This document shows, piece after piece, positions 1 to 12,069 of a stretch of 36,852 nucleotides of DNA. The stretch is from Octopus bimaculoides (Eukaryota). Below the pieces are notes generated by a model. That model had not been told where the DNA came from. It ran no database searches and saw nothing but the letters and a program-made list of their open reading frames with translations. Position 1 is the first letter of the stretch, and each line of letters opens with the position of its first letter. The position numbers and the translations under genes are program-made. The DNA is taken from NCBI RefSeq assembly GCF_001194135.2, contig NC_068982.1, forward strand, positions 191,348,066-191,384,917. Direction: 5' to 3'.

Positions 1-40
1 TATATATATACACACACAGATATACACACACATATATATA

Positions 41-275
41 TCATCATCGTTGTCATTTAACGTCTGCTTTCCATGCTGGCATGGGTTGGACGGTTCGACT
101 GGGGTCTGGCAAGCCAGCAGGCTGCACCAGGCTCCAATTTGATCTGGCAGTGTTTCTACAGCTGGATGCCCTTCCTAACACCAACCACTCCGAGAGTGTA
201 GGGGGTGCTTTTACATGCTACCGGCACGAGGGCCAGTCACACGGCACTGGCAACAGCCACGCTCAAAAAGGTGTT
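41..275 (-). repeat. (ATG)n-tailed RTE 3'-end family copy
   Basis: Reverse complement of ...gtccaacccatgccagcatggaaa.cggacgttaaa(tga)n. Confidence 0.85.
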
Positions 276-329
276 TTTCAAACAGTGACTTTGTTTACAC
301 TCAGTGCACAATGGCAAGACAAGGAAATA

Positions 330-495
330 CACACGCACAAACTCATATATACACAAGCTGCTTTCAGTTTTTGCAAATTCACTTATAAAGTTTTGGCTGA
401 CCTGGAACAGAAGACATCCAAGGTGCTATGCTATGGAACTGAACCTGAGACCATGTGGTTGTGAAGCAAACTTCTTAACCACATGGCCATTCCTG
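330..495 (-). mobile_element. tRNA-headed SINE family A (5' part)
   Basis: Reverse complement of ggttcagttcc..gcaccttgg..gaaactgaaag; other copies near 10930-11030, 27530-27690, 28430-28530, 31600-31712. Confidence 0.7.
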
Positions 496-661
496 CACTT
501 ATGGTGTGTGTTGTAGCAAAGTAAAATAAACCAAAAGCCAAATCTAATGCAACATGTAAAATTAAAATTTCAAAATATGGAAGGTTCACCAAAACCAGTA
601 CCAGACCCATCACCAAAGAATCGTCTTACTAAAAGTTCAGAAATTCAGAAACAGTTCTTAC

Positions 662-920
662 TGCGCCTTATTAAGTGATTTATTCTCTGAATCTAACCAC
701 TTTTGAAACCCATTCTTAGCACCAAATTCAACCTCATGGTTCATGGTTATTATCATACAAGCCTGCTTTTCCCAGACCATTCTCCAGAAATCAGAAACTG
801 TATGACGAAGTGGCGTTTGGCAAGCAACATATTTCAGTACGCTGGTAGAAACATCAATATCGACATGACTGGCATTGATATATTTGGAAGAACCAGACAA
901 TATTACACGGCACTTATCAT
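662..920 (-). CDS. PTPN13: PTPN13-like exon, PTP motifs 2-7 region (phase 1 to 2); 3' end less certain
   Basis: gactgtag acceptor; (Y)DDKCRVIL...YINASHV...YVACQTPL...DFWRMVWE...; best donor ca|gtaaga at 661-660, earlier weak donors possible. Confidence 0.8.
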
Positions 921-1596
921 CTACAGTCAAGAAAACAAGGAAAATCTTTATACAAAAATCTGTTAAGTATTTCAGATTATTCAAGAATTTAACGTTCAAA
1001 AACTGTTGCAGATACACTGATGAGGATTGAGTTGGGACTCAATAACAAATGTTTATTTCAAAGAACTATACATCTTGGTTCTCTAAAACACCTATCACTG
1101 CTGTTCACATACAAGCATCACACAGTCTAAGAGAAAGCTTTTGTTACCAACAGAGAAGCTGTCTAAATATCCTCCAGCTTCTGGCTACTTTCAGAATATC
1201 CTCAACTATTGCTAATTAGGTTACCTAGGTAACAGAAACTGCCCAGAAGAATCCCTTCTGGGGATATTTCTGAGAAGTTGCTACACATCAACCAAGGCAA
1301 TTTCTTCAATGATAGCAGGGTTCTGCCATTTTCCCTTCTTATGAAGACTCTGTTCTTTGCTATGTTAACACTTTGTTCCAAGTTTTGTTTCCATGCCTAA
1401 AATTCTTTCTCTAATAGTACTGCAGATTCAGGTATAGGAACGAGATCAGCACAATGAAGTTCTCACAGGTATCCAGTCTCACACTCCACTGTTATGGCCT
1501 AGAGGACTATGGTAAACAGAAGAGGACCGAGAGCTAAATCCTGCTCGACTTTTAACTGCACACACACACTGTGTAACCACCACCACCAGTACTTAC

Positions 1597-1690
1597 ATGG
1601 TACAATATTGTGGAATCGATTTTTACTTTGGTTCTGTTCTAAGTGAGCAACTTTGGAAGCGCTGTTGGAAGGTTTAACTTGTTTCAAGGA
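1597..1690 (-). CDS. PTPN13: PTPN13-like exon, PTP domain start (phase 0 to 1)
   Basis: cttgcag acceptor, gtaagt donor; SLKQVKPSNSASKVAHLEQNQSKNRFHNIVP (KNRY-loop equivalent). Confidence 0.9.
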
Positions 1691-2258
1691 CTGCAAGAAC
1701 AAAAATGACAACAGTTCATTACAGAATGGCTAACGAACAATTCAGCAATTTAATTATACACAGTTGTTTCTTGTAAAAAATGCTTTTAAATTCAAGAAAA
1801 GATAAACTATTTTATAATTTACATCTTGTAAAAATATTGTTGTTGTTTGTCATCATTATCATCATCATCATCAGCAACTGCACTTAACATCTATTTTCAA
1901 TGTTGGCAAAGTTTGGATAATTCAATAGGAACTTCTGACCGTGCCAAGTTCCACTATCTGCTTTGGAATGGTTTTGTTGTTTAATATTCTCTGATAAACA
2001 TTTCACAGGTGTTCATGAATCTAATGTGATCATTTGAAATACCTGAGTAGATGTTTTACCAACCCACACAGCTCTGTATTGTTGGCCAAGTAATTACTGG
2101 TATGGAACATCATAAATGAATAACCTCAAGAAATACAGCAAACAGAAACTTTACAAATTCTCTTCTGAGATCGTTTTTATTTTGATCTCACCAAGAATTT
2201 TAACCAACTGAGTTCTTAGAATGTCTGTCCACTAGATATTTCAATGACAAAGTGTCTT

Positions 2259-2487
2259 TTAACCCTTTTGTTACTGGATTTCTGTTCAGATGTTCTGTGT
2301 TTCTTTCACTTACTTTAAATATAACAAAGAATTTAGTAAAATAACTTAGTTAACATTAAGCTAGTGTTAAGAACATAAATTGTGACTAAGGTTTGGTGGA
2401 AGATTCTAATTCAAAACTTATGAAAACAAGACATTTGTATTACAGAGCCAAAGCTGGTTTCAGCCAGGATGGTAACGAAAGGGTTAA
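2259..2487. mobile_element. piggyBac-type MITE, copy 1
   Basis: TTAA|CCCTTTTGTTAC ... GTAACGAAAGGG|TTAA: TTAA flanks, 12-bp TIR with 1 mismatch, no ORF. Confidence 0.75.
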
Positions 2488-2510
2488 GAATTGTTTCTCT
2501 GTTATATATT

Positions 2511-2732
2511 TTAACCCTTTTGTTACCATATTTCTGTTCAGATGCTCTGTGTTTCTTTCAATTATTTTAAATATAACAAAGAATTTAGTAAACTAACTTA
2601 GTTATCATTAAGCTAGTGTAAGGAACATAAATTGCGACTAAGATTTGGTGGAAGATTTTAATTAAAAACTTATGGAAACAAAACATTTGTAGCCAGAGCC
2701 AGTTTCAGCCAGGTTGGTCATGAAAGGGTTAA
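2511..2732. mobile_element. piggyBac-type MITE, copy 2
   Basis: TTAA|CCCTTT ... AAAGGG|TTAA; internally colinear with copy 1. Confidence 0.75.
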
Positions 2733-2735
2733 CAT

Positions 2736-3000
2736 CAGTGGTTCTCAACCCCTTTTTTTTTGTTATCTATGGACACCCTTTTATTCCTATTTACTCAGCT
2801 GGACCCTCATAACCATTCAATGTTTTAAAAATCCTATCAATATATTTTCAGAATTAAATATTATTGAGAATTGTATAAAAAAAAAACTGTTAAAAATATT
2901 CTGTGTACTTTAGAAGTAGAACCAATTTATTGCAGATAAATTTTACCAAAATCTTCTATGGACCCTCAAGGATTCTATGGACTGTGGCTGAGAACGATTG
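2736..3000. mobile_element. Probable hAT-type MITE
   Basis: Begins CAGTGGTTCTCAACC, ends GGCTGAGAACGATTG (imperfect TIR); no matching 8-bp TSD seen. Confidence 0.45.
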
Positions 3001-3234
3001 AGATGAACAGTGGAGGGATTCACATCTGTCAGTTGTTAGAAATGACACTAAACTGTTGATAGTGCAAACCAACCACCAGAGTAAGACTATGAAATGGAGA
3101 TTCAATAAGTGGGTAGAGGAAACAAAATGGCAAATTAAGGGGCAGAGGTGGTTAGAGGACTTATAGGGAGACAGGCAGGCAGGTGGGCACACACACACAC
3201 AAATATTCTAAAATAAATCTCATCCACAACTTAC

Positions 3235-3592
3235 CTGGAACTCAGTTTTATAATTGTTGTTTTCCAAAGCTTCAATCAAATAAATTTGTGTTTCCAGCAA
3301 CACTTTACTGTCCACTCTCTGAGCTACTTTGACCAGTGGTATCTGCCACAACCAGTTCAAATCATCTGTCAGTTTATCCAACTGGTCTTTAATGGTATTC
3401 TGATGATTGATTTGACATCCATTCTTTAATGAACCCAGGCATTGTTGTCTGGGATTCACATTTAGATTTTCTTGTAGAACTTCTGTTTTATCATCAGAGG
3501 AACAGTTACCAATATTGGAAGAAGATTCCACAGGTGTGTTTTTCACAGGTTTTACCAATTCTTTCAGGTAACAGTCTTCACTACACTTCGAT
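3235..3592 (-). CDS. PTPN13: PTPN13-like exon preceding the PTP domain (phase 2 to 0)
   Basis: gttttag acceptor, cag|gtaagt donor; SKCSEDCYLKELVKP...IEALENNNYKTEFQ. Confidence 0.85.
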
Positions 3593-4612
3593 CTAAAACA
3601 CAGAATTTACAAAATAATAAAAGATATGAAGATAAACAAACATAAATGTATTTTTTCTATTTTTAAAATTAATTTCTTTAAAAAAAAAAGCATGATGAAG
3701 ATACCATTATCGTCATTCAATGACCATTTTTCTAGAGTTTTCTAAAAGAATGGGTAACCATTATATTGTAAAAGATTCCTCATTAAATAGTGGAATATTC
3801 AGATAAATATTGATTTGAAGCAATCTTTAGAATTACAACATCCACACATAGAATAACAGAGGTAGGCACTATTATTTGCCCTTGGGAGGGGGTGGGGTGA
3901 TAAAATAAGTACCAGTCATACACCGGGGTTGATGTCATTGACTTATCCCCTACCCAGAACTTGCTGACCTTGTGCCAAAATTTGAAACTATCATTATTAT
4001 TATTATTAAGGAGCCTTTCAGGGTTGATAAGTACCAGTAGGACACTAGGGTCAAAGTAATTCTCAGGTCTTGTGCCTATAACAGAAAGGATCCTTATTAC
4101 TATTATTACCCAGTTGAGATTGTCAATAACATGGTTGGTGATAGGAAAAGCATCCAGTTGTAGAAACAAGCAAACCAAATGACAGATTTGGACACCAGTG
4201 TAGGGGTGGAGTTACTCCCAATCTCAAAGGGTTCTGGTGATAATGACCAGCCTCTGCCAGTATAGAACAGGGACAGATGATGACGATAATGATTGTTGCT
4301 GTAGAACAGCTGGAGGCAGAAATGGTGGAATGCCTGACTAAATGGTTTGTACAATTATTTATGTCCCTTTATATTGCAAGTTCAAATCCCACCAGCTTAT
4401 ATGCAGCAGCTCATAAATGATAAACGTAGCAGCGAAAACCAATGAGAACCTCTATGGAGTAACTCAGTCTGCTAGAAATAGTCGTCCACTGTTTTTAAAT
4501 GTACAGATAGAAGACAGGATGATCACGGCTGGAACGTCTTTCATCATAGTTTTATCTGTTGGATGAGAAAGCTTACTTGGCAGCTAAACCAGCCCAAATA
4601 TAACTGACTTAC

Positions 4613-4707
4613 CTATGCACCGTTAAGGTGAGTGTAGCAGCAGACTGTTTCTTCAGAAGACTGACAACTTTTTTCACATTAAACCCTATCACACATATAC
4701 CATTAAC
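4613..4707 (-). CDS. PTPN13: PTPN13-like exon, third PDZ C-terminal part (phase 0 to 2)
   Basis: gacag acceptor, gtaagt donor; VNGICVIGFNVKKVVSLLKKQSAATLTLTVH(R). Confidence 0.9.
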
Positions 4708-5337
4708 CTGTCGTTAATAAATAGAACAGAGAACAGAACCAAATTTAGATGATGATAATAATAATAATAATAATGATGTTTTTATAGAATAATAGCAACA
4801 GAAGCAGTATTAACACCAAAAAATAATCTTGATTTCCATCTTAATGTGGAGGTTGGATTAGAAAAGAGAATACTGCATGATTTGCTTTGAGAGGATCTTT
4901 CCTAAGGACTTGTAATTATATTGTTGACTGATGAGAACTGTCTGCTAGAGTTGCCAGATCACGTCATTTCATCCTGCTGTGGGTTCCTCAGGGATAGAAG
5001 TCCAGTAGTAGCATAACAGTCAAATCTCCCATGGACAACATGTAGAATGTCAGTGTCTGTCTATTCAGGCACTGGTGCCACAAATGGCCAGTGGGTTGGT
5101 GCTTTTATGCACCATGGCTCCAATGTAAAAAATGCAGTAGTTTGTGTTATAATACAAGCTCTACATTAAGTTGGAGATCAAAAACTGAAGGCCAATCTCA
5201 AGGCATTGAGCCTTTCAGACAAGATGGCAAAGGACCAAGATACCTGGTGTCTTGCTGTACTCAAGAAGACCCATATTCCACAGTAGAAATATTAAGGCTG
5301 CTCTCCCTGGTGTAGAGGATTGGCTTGCAAGAGTCCT

Positions 5338-5541
5338 GTGCCAGTGCCACATGAAAAGCACCTGTACCGAAGCCACATAAAAGCACCCAGCACACACTGT
5401 AAAGTGGTTGGTGTTAAGAAGGGCACCCAGCCATAGAAACCCTGCCAAATCAGGCTGGAACGTGATGCCGCTCTCCAGCTCGCCAGCTCTGGTCAAACCG
5501 TCCAGCCATGCCAGGATGGACTACAAATGTTAAATGATGAC
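5338..5541 (+). repeat. (ATG)n-tailed RTE 3'-end family copy
   Basis: aaaagcaccc..aagggcacccagccatagaaa..gtccagccatgccagg. Confidence 0.8.
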
Positions 5542-5974
5542 AATAGCCAGAAACTTGTTCTGCTCTGGTCTTTCAGCTGCAAGGATATAGAGTTGCCTCA
5601 CTCAAGGCTGCTATTCTTACAAAATGCAAGTTGATCTCACAGTCTGACCAGCCAGGGGCCTTGATCTTGTCTTCTTTGATTAACTTGAAAAGGTAAAGAA
5701 AAACCCCAAGATGTAGTTCAGCCAAATTGTAGAAAGATGAGGGTTTGCATGGAATTAGAGTGGACATGGACAGCCCAAACCACCCATGTGGAGATGACTT
5801 GGGACTTCTGGTGCTATTGTAACAAAGACATTGACAAGATATGTTTACATTAAGAAGTAATAGCTTCCAAATGGAAAATGGTGGAGGTGGTGATGACAAC
5901 AACAATGATGACGGTATGTGTTTGTAATGATGACACAGTCTTTGTATTACTTCTAAAGACGGAGGAAGAAATAC

Positions 5975-6148
5975 CTGCAAAAGGTAGTCACCAACACGAA
6001 GATTTCCATCTTGTGCTGCTGCACCATTTTCTGATATTGCTTTAATAAAAAGTCTGCTATAGTTATTGTGGTGGAAAGCTGGCACCAGACTGAAACCATA
6101 ATTTCCAGATTCTGACTTTTTTAATCTCACTTGGAATACTTTGTTCTT
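5975..6148 (-). CDS. PTPN13: PTPN13-like exon, third PDZ N-terminal part (phase 0 to 0)
   Basis: gtttcag acceptor, cag|gtattt donor; KNKVFQVRLKKSESGNYGFSLVP...LFIKAISENGAAAQDGNLRVGDYLLQ. Confidence 0.92.
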
Positions 6149-6964
6149 CTGAAACAGAAAATAAAATAAAATAATGAAAAAAAAAAAAACTAATTTCAAC
6201 TATTATTTCTGAAATATTCAATATTCAGGATTGTATGAATATCATTATTATTATTATTATTGAGCAAAATTGGGTGTAAGAGGTACGAAATGTAATGTGC
6301 AAGAGAGAAGACTCCAGTAGAAAGGCCACGGGATGCGTAGGGATGAGGACGGCTGCATAGAGAGGTGATGATCTCTAATTCTGGAAGGGGAAAACAAGGG
6401 ACAAAATGGTGGGAACTGATCTTCTGATGTTGAGTGTTGCAGAGGAGATGATAAAGGGCCAAAGGAACTAGAGGCCATAAAAGCAGGCCCTTTATGTCCG
6501 TCCCCCAATGCCTGCACACAACTGGTCCCTGACAAACCTCTTCCTTACAACCCATCTTTCTAACATCTAACACTGCCTCCTCCCCCCCCTCCCACATTTG
6601 TTGTTCCTCCTTCCTCTCTATCTTTCACCCTCCCTTCAAACCTACCTGCACACAACATGTCCCTATTGAATCACTTCCCCACATTATCCCCTTAACACCA
6701 CCACCCCCACTTCAACTTGTGTCCGCTCACGTCCCCTCCATCTCCAACTCTCCTTTCACAGTCTCATGAACTTACCCACCCACTCACCCTATCCACTCTT
6801 CGGTTCTACTTATATACACCTTTCCCCCCTCACCACCAATCACATCTTCCCCCCCCCCCNNNNNNNNNNTATCCTAACTTCTCCTCACCTGACTCAAACC
6901 CTGACCCTCAACACTTCTCACCCTTCGGGCAGGGGTGTCAAGTTATTTGGTGGCGTCACTGCTG

Positions 6965-7161
6965 CCGGTGCCACAAAAACAAACGCAGCCCCTGTGGCAC
7001 CCAGTGAAATGGTTGGCATGAAGAAGAGCATCCAGCCATAGAGACCATATCAAAGCCGGCAGCAGGGCTCGGTGCAGGCTCCTGCCTGGCCAGCCCCTGT
7101 CAAACTGTCCAACCCATGCCAGCATGGAGGGAGGGCATTAAATGATGAGGAGGATGACGAT
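6965..7161 (+). repeat. (ATG)n-tailed RTE 3'-end family copy
   Basis: gtcaaactgtccaacccatgccagcatgg..ttaaatgatgag. Confidence 0.85.
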
Positions 7162-7400
7162 ACATACAAACACACACACACACACACACACATAAATAGA
7201 CATATGCAAATACACACATATATAAGTGCAAAGTTTAACATTGCCATCCTAATACCAGCTGTATCTTGGGGATGATGTTACTGATACATACATCCACACC
7301 CACACATCTGCTAACAACTAAACAGGAAAGAAAGTATTTGTTGGTTGTGAAGAAGAAGAAGATTGGGTTTTGGGAAGGAGTTTGACAATGTTTTCACATA

Positions 7401-7655
7401 AAATGCAACCTTTGAACTTTGGGCCTCATGAAGGCAATGCCAAGTGACCGAGACCTTTGGTAGCTGTGCTTGAGAAGACCTCTCAAGCCAAGTGATATCA
7501 TAGATGTGGCCAGTGCCTGTGTTTCATAACTAGCACCCATGCTGGTGGCACATAAAAAGTACCTGTTACACTCTCAGAGTGGTTGGCATTAGGAATGGCA
7601 TCCAGCCATAGAAACCATGCCAAATCAGTTTGGGAGCACTGGCACATGCCTGCAC
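7401..7655 (+). mobile_element. Longer copy of the same family retaining RTE C-terminal codons
   Basis: 7401-7463 reads KCNL*TLGLMKAMPSDRDLW*, followed by the shared UTR. Confidence 0.65.
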
Positions 7656-7667
7656 CTACAATATCTA

Positions 7668-7784
<117 letters not shown>

Positions 7785-7936
7785 CATCATCATATGCATA
7801 CATGTGTGTGTGTGTTCAAGTGAGGTCACCACAAAATTGATAGTTTTGGCAGGGTTATGTGTGTGTGCGTGTGTACAGATGCCAGGGAGGAGGGGGGGTA
7901 TGAATGTGAGACACAGGTTACAGATTCTCGACATAC

Positions 7937-8158
7937 CTCAGCCATTTCACACATTTGTGTCAGACATTGCTGTTTTGTAGTGGTTTTACTCGTACTGCTG
8001 ACACCAGCAGTCATGGTGTCTGAGTTTCCTTCAAGGGATTCCTCTGAAGTGAAACCAAGTTTATGGTCCATCGACTCAGACATGTTAGTCTCCGACACAC
8101 TCTCCGATAGAGTCTCACTGGCTTCTGTGTTCACCAAGGTTGCTTCGTGTATTTTTGA
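7937..8158 (-). CDS. PTPN13: PTPN13-like Ser/Thr/Glu-rich linker exon (phase 0 to 0)
   Basis: gttttacag acceptor, gag|gtatgt donor; SKIHEATLVNTEASETLSES...QMCEMAE. Confidence 0.78.
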
Positions 8159-8365
8159 CTGTAAAACAGAAAAGTGAGAAATTAGGAAACTGACTGGAGG
8201 TTTAGGGAACAACACAGACAAATAAAGGAATATTGCAATAAAGAAATACTTAGAACTCCTTGCTAGATGCCAATATCTAAAAGGAGACATTCTATAAATA
8301 GAAAGAAAATAATCCACCCTCACCCCCACCCACCCCTAAAACACAGAAAAGAGATGTTCGTGGTC

Positions 8366-8540
8366 GCCATCGTCATCATGTAATGTCCATGTTCCATGCT
8401 GGCATGGGTTGGACAGTTGGACAGCAGCTGACTATGGCCGTCTCCAGGGTCTACCTTGGCACAGTTTCTGTAGCCTGATGCCCTTCCTAATGCAAACCAC
8501 TTTACAGTGTACTAGGGGCCTTTTCCATGACACCAACATG
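8366..8540 (-). repeat. (ATG)n-tailed RTE 3'-end family copy
   Basis: catcatg..ttccatgctggcatgggttggacagt. Confidence 0.8.
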
Positions 8541-9454
8541 AGTGGGGTCACCCAAGCAACTCACAAGATTAAGAGTCTTTGACAAAGTGGAGGGGCAGGA
8601 GTGAGGGAGGTGGTTTTCTGCCAGGTGTAGAGAGGCTGAAGTAGGAACGAGAGGCTGGAACAGATGATGTGTTGCTGTAGAGGAGGAGAGAGATGGGTAA
8701 TCAAGCAGGAAAGGGAGAAAGGATGATGGAGATGAGGTGTCAGGGTACAAGGAGGGGAGTAAAGAGAGAATCAAGGATGGGTGGGGGGTTGTGAGAGGGA
8801 CAGACAGGAGAGATGAGGAGAACATGGATGGAGGTGAGTCCCAGGTTCGGGGGGGGGGGGTTGCAAGGAAAATAAGAGTGGGGTAGGGAAGAGGAGGAAG
8901 TGATGGGGGAAGAATACATTAAAAGATGGAGAGTGGAGAGCAACAGTATAATGAAACTGTCGATAGATGAGAAATAGGTTTGTTTTGTAGCAAATCTTAT
9001 TGTTTTTGTCAAAGACCTATAATCAAGGTGATTCCAACCATGACCTTCTCATCTTTTGAAAGCTGTGGAGGGCTACATTATTTAATATGTCTGTCTTTAT
9101 TTAACACAGTAGAGAGTGACTTAGGGACACTTGACTGCTATTTCTATCCGGTTGAGCAAGAAACCCTTTTGTTGACGGCATTCTAGCACTGTAGCTGTAG
9201 AAGCAGCTTACCAAAACCACAGATGTCTTAAATTCTTAAATTCTGCAACAGAAGCTGACTTTCAGTCAGTTCTAATTGCTGGAACTGTTTATATTTATAT
9301 GGAATATTGAGTTATCCAAGAAGAATTAACCAAATTCTATGACTGAAACTTGTATTCGTTGATACATCTTTAACTTGTCTAATTCTCCAGCCATCGAAAT
9401 TCTTGGACAAAAAAAAAACAAACAGATGGAATAAGAAAAAGAGAAACCATTTAC

Positions 9455-9676
9455 CTTACACACAAATTTTTTTTCCTGACTCAAAGAAAATTGGCCACAA
9501 TCTTCAGATAATGTAGAATGAAAGTTGCTTTTGACTTCAATTCTTCCATTTGGGGAGTCTGATATGTAGCCATTGGGAGCCAAAATATTGCATTCTTCTT
9601 CAGTTTTTGGACATTTATCCTTGGAAGTGTTTTTCTCATCGAAACCCAGTTTTTCATCGGTGACACTGTCAGGTAC
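9455..9676 (-). CDS. PTPN13: PTPN13-like linker exon (phase 0 to 0)
   Basis: tttgaaag acceptor, aag|gtaaat donor; VPDSVTDEKLGFDEKNTSK...QEKKFVCK, 74 open codons. Confidence 0.72.
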
Positions 9677-10470
9677 CTTTCAAAGTGCAAAACAATAAAA
9701 TTTATACACATACTCCGAATATATACATAGGGGTATGTACCCACATATTACAGTGGCCTCCCATCCATCCCCCCACACTGAACCATCAGATTATCTCTCC
9801 TCATGCACTACACCTGTCTACCTCCCTACTCCACTCCTGCTGTCTACCCCACTACTCCTCCTCCTCCCCCCTCCTACCTGAGGTGCCACCTGGACAGCTC
9901 ATCACCACTATTTATCTCTTTATCTCCTCATCTGCCATGACCATGTGGTATGTGGTTGACCACCACAAGTCATCAAACCCAGCCAGATCTTCAGTGAAGA
10001 GGAAACGGTAAGCAGGGTTTAACTTGGAAAATCAAACAACATGGCCAAACAGTCTGAGCTGGGGGTCCTTATTCATACAAATAACAGGTCACATCCCAAT
10101 TTGTGAGGAGGGTCGTTGGTTGGATACAAAATCTAACTAATGGCAACCTATAATACTGTTAAGCATCCTAGCACCAAAAGAATTTGTTTCTGTTTCTGTT
10201 GTGGATGAGATTGTCCAAGTTGTTGACAGCTTCACTTAGCCCAGCAGCAAGATTCAGAACAGTATTTAGCTGCAGATCTGAAATGCTAAAAACGCTTGAA
10301 CAAGCTGGTGCAATTGTGGTTTTAATGGAGAAGGCTGTTCGGCACTGCCAAGATCTGTGCAGGAGGACAAAGGTTTGGGGCTTTAGGTCTGTGACCCACT
10401 TTGAACTCCAGTCTAATAAAATATCTAAGAATTTACTGTATACTAATTTGTACTCTAGAATAATAATTAC

Positions 10471-10641
10471 CTTAACGAGTTCTTTGTTGATTCTATCAGA
10501 AAGTGTGGGGTCCTTTGTAGAACCCTTGGGAGTTACTGTTTTATTTATAGTTGCACCATTATTTCTGTCTGGAAAATAAATATATTTATCTTGGCAGCAT
10601 TTCTTGTGATCTTCACAAGTTGCTGATGAGTTGCTTTCTTC
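10471..10641 (-). CDS. PTPN13: PTPN13-like linker exon (phase 0 to 0)
   Basis: Long T-tract ending ctgttgtag, aag|gtaatt donor; EESNSSATCEDHKKCCQDKYIYFPDRNNGAT...RINKELVK. Confidence 0.72.
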
Positions 10642-11344
10642 CTACAACAGAAAAAAAAAAAAGCATGAGAGAAAATAAAGATTTTTTCACTTCCCCCAAA
10701 ACTTTCCCCCCACACCTGACACATCTCTGTCATTTTATATCACAATTGGTGAATAATAACAATAGGCTTTAATGCACTTCTGATGACAAAAGTAACAAGG
10801 GAGTGTGTGTAACTCAGAGCAGAACAAATATAGTAAGGGACTTTGAACAGCACTTGTTTCTTTCCTTTTTCTTGCTAATGTTTACATTTTTACATTCTTC
10901 AACAACAAACGTCTGCAAAAGACACAAGTGAAGGGCTTCAACACAGTATCCTTCTACTGACTTCTACTCACAAGCCATTGGTAATTTGTGCTTCCCTGGT
11001 CAAGTACCTTGCTTCACCTGAACTCCATAGAGAATTTAGGCAATATAGTTAAAAGGAAAGGTGACCAACTTGTATCAAAGTAACAAGGTAGAGTTGAAGG
11101 CTTCTATAAAGCCCCTTGCACTTCCGTCACACCTGAACCGCGTCACAGCTTGGTTTCTTTAATGCCATGGTATATTCAGCCACTTACTGCAGTCAAAGAA
11201 GTTCTAACCAAAAACGAAATGCTATCCTCTACCCACATTTCAATTTTTTTAATCAACTTGTTCTATTCTGATGATATAATTAAGATGGCTGTCTCTTCAC
11301 ATTCTCATGTTTCCAGATGGCCACCACAAATGTTAGCTTAAGTC

Positions 11345-11712
11345 AACAACAGGTTCAGTCCCGCTGCATGGCACCTTGGGCAAGTATCTCCTACTGTAGC
11401 TACAAGCTGACCAAAGCCTTGTGAGTGGATTTGGCAGATGGAAACTGAAAGAAGCCCATCGTGTGTGTGTATGTGCAAGAGGAAGAGAGTGAGAGAGAAA
11501 CTGTGAGCATACATGTTTGTATCTCCTTGTCTTCTTCACATTGCATGGGAGTTGTAAATGGGTGTCACTGTTATACAGGCGGTGTCTGCAAAGATACTGC
11601 CTGGCCAAGTAAGGGTTCACAGCAGGAAAGGCATCCGGTTGCAGAGAACTTGCCTCAATAAACTCAGTCTGACTCATACAAGCATGGAAAAAGGGCCATT
11701 CACTGGTGATGA
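11345..11712 (+). mobile_element. SINE family A, long composite copy
   Basis: B-box-like ggttcagtcc, gcaccttgggcaag core, (GT)n, tail ending gcatggaaaa. Confidence 0.75.
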
Positions 11713-12069
11713 TAATAATGGTTTCCAGTTTTGACACAAGGCTAGCAATTTCGGGGGATGTGTTTGACCCCAAAACTATGAAAGGCAAAGGTGACCGCAG
11801 CAGCATTTGAACTCAGGATGTGAAGATGGACAAAATGCTGCTAACAATCCAGCCAGCCTGCTGTCTGAATGACTTTGATAATATTCTGAAGAAGTCGTTT
11901 TAGATTTAGTAAACCTGCTACAACCAAAACTCTGATGCTCTGGCTTAATTAACAACAAATGCAAAAACCGATAATTGTTCAAAGGCCTTTGTGAGATTTG
12001 TTCAGCATAAAATTAAAGATACTCCCTTGTCATTGTCAGAAATACAATAAACCACTGATTAGATATATT

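Noticed and set aside
1183-1283. Nested small palindromes including gttacctaggtaac (1220-1233)
   Set aside because: Short and imperfect; probably a decayed palindromic repeat, with no functional support.
5573-5974. ORF continuing past the PDZ exon, containing IKAPGWSD
   Set aside because: Intron read-through after a good donor. The KAPG.D resemblance to a LINE motif is too short to call.
7937-9676. Two adjacent exons both 222 nt and both containing D.KLGF
   Set aside because: The motif is at different offsets with no other similarity; insufficient evidence for exon duplication.
11188-11203. 16-nt microexon candidate (ggttag|AACTTCTTTGACTGCA|gtaagt)
   Set aside because: It seemed needed to fix phase, but the stronger acceptor at 10642-10643 makes the next exon start in phase 0, so inclusion would frameshift.
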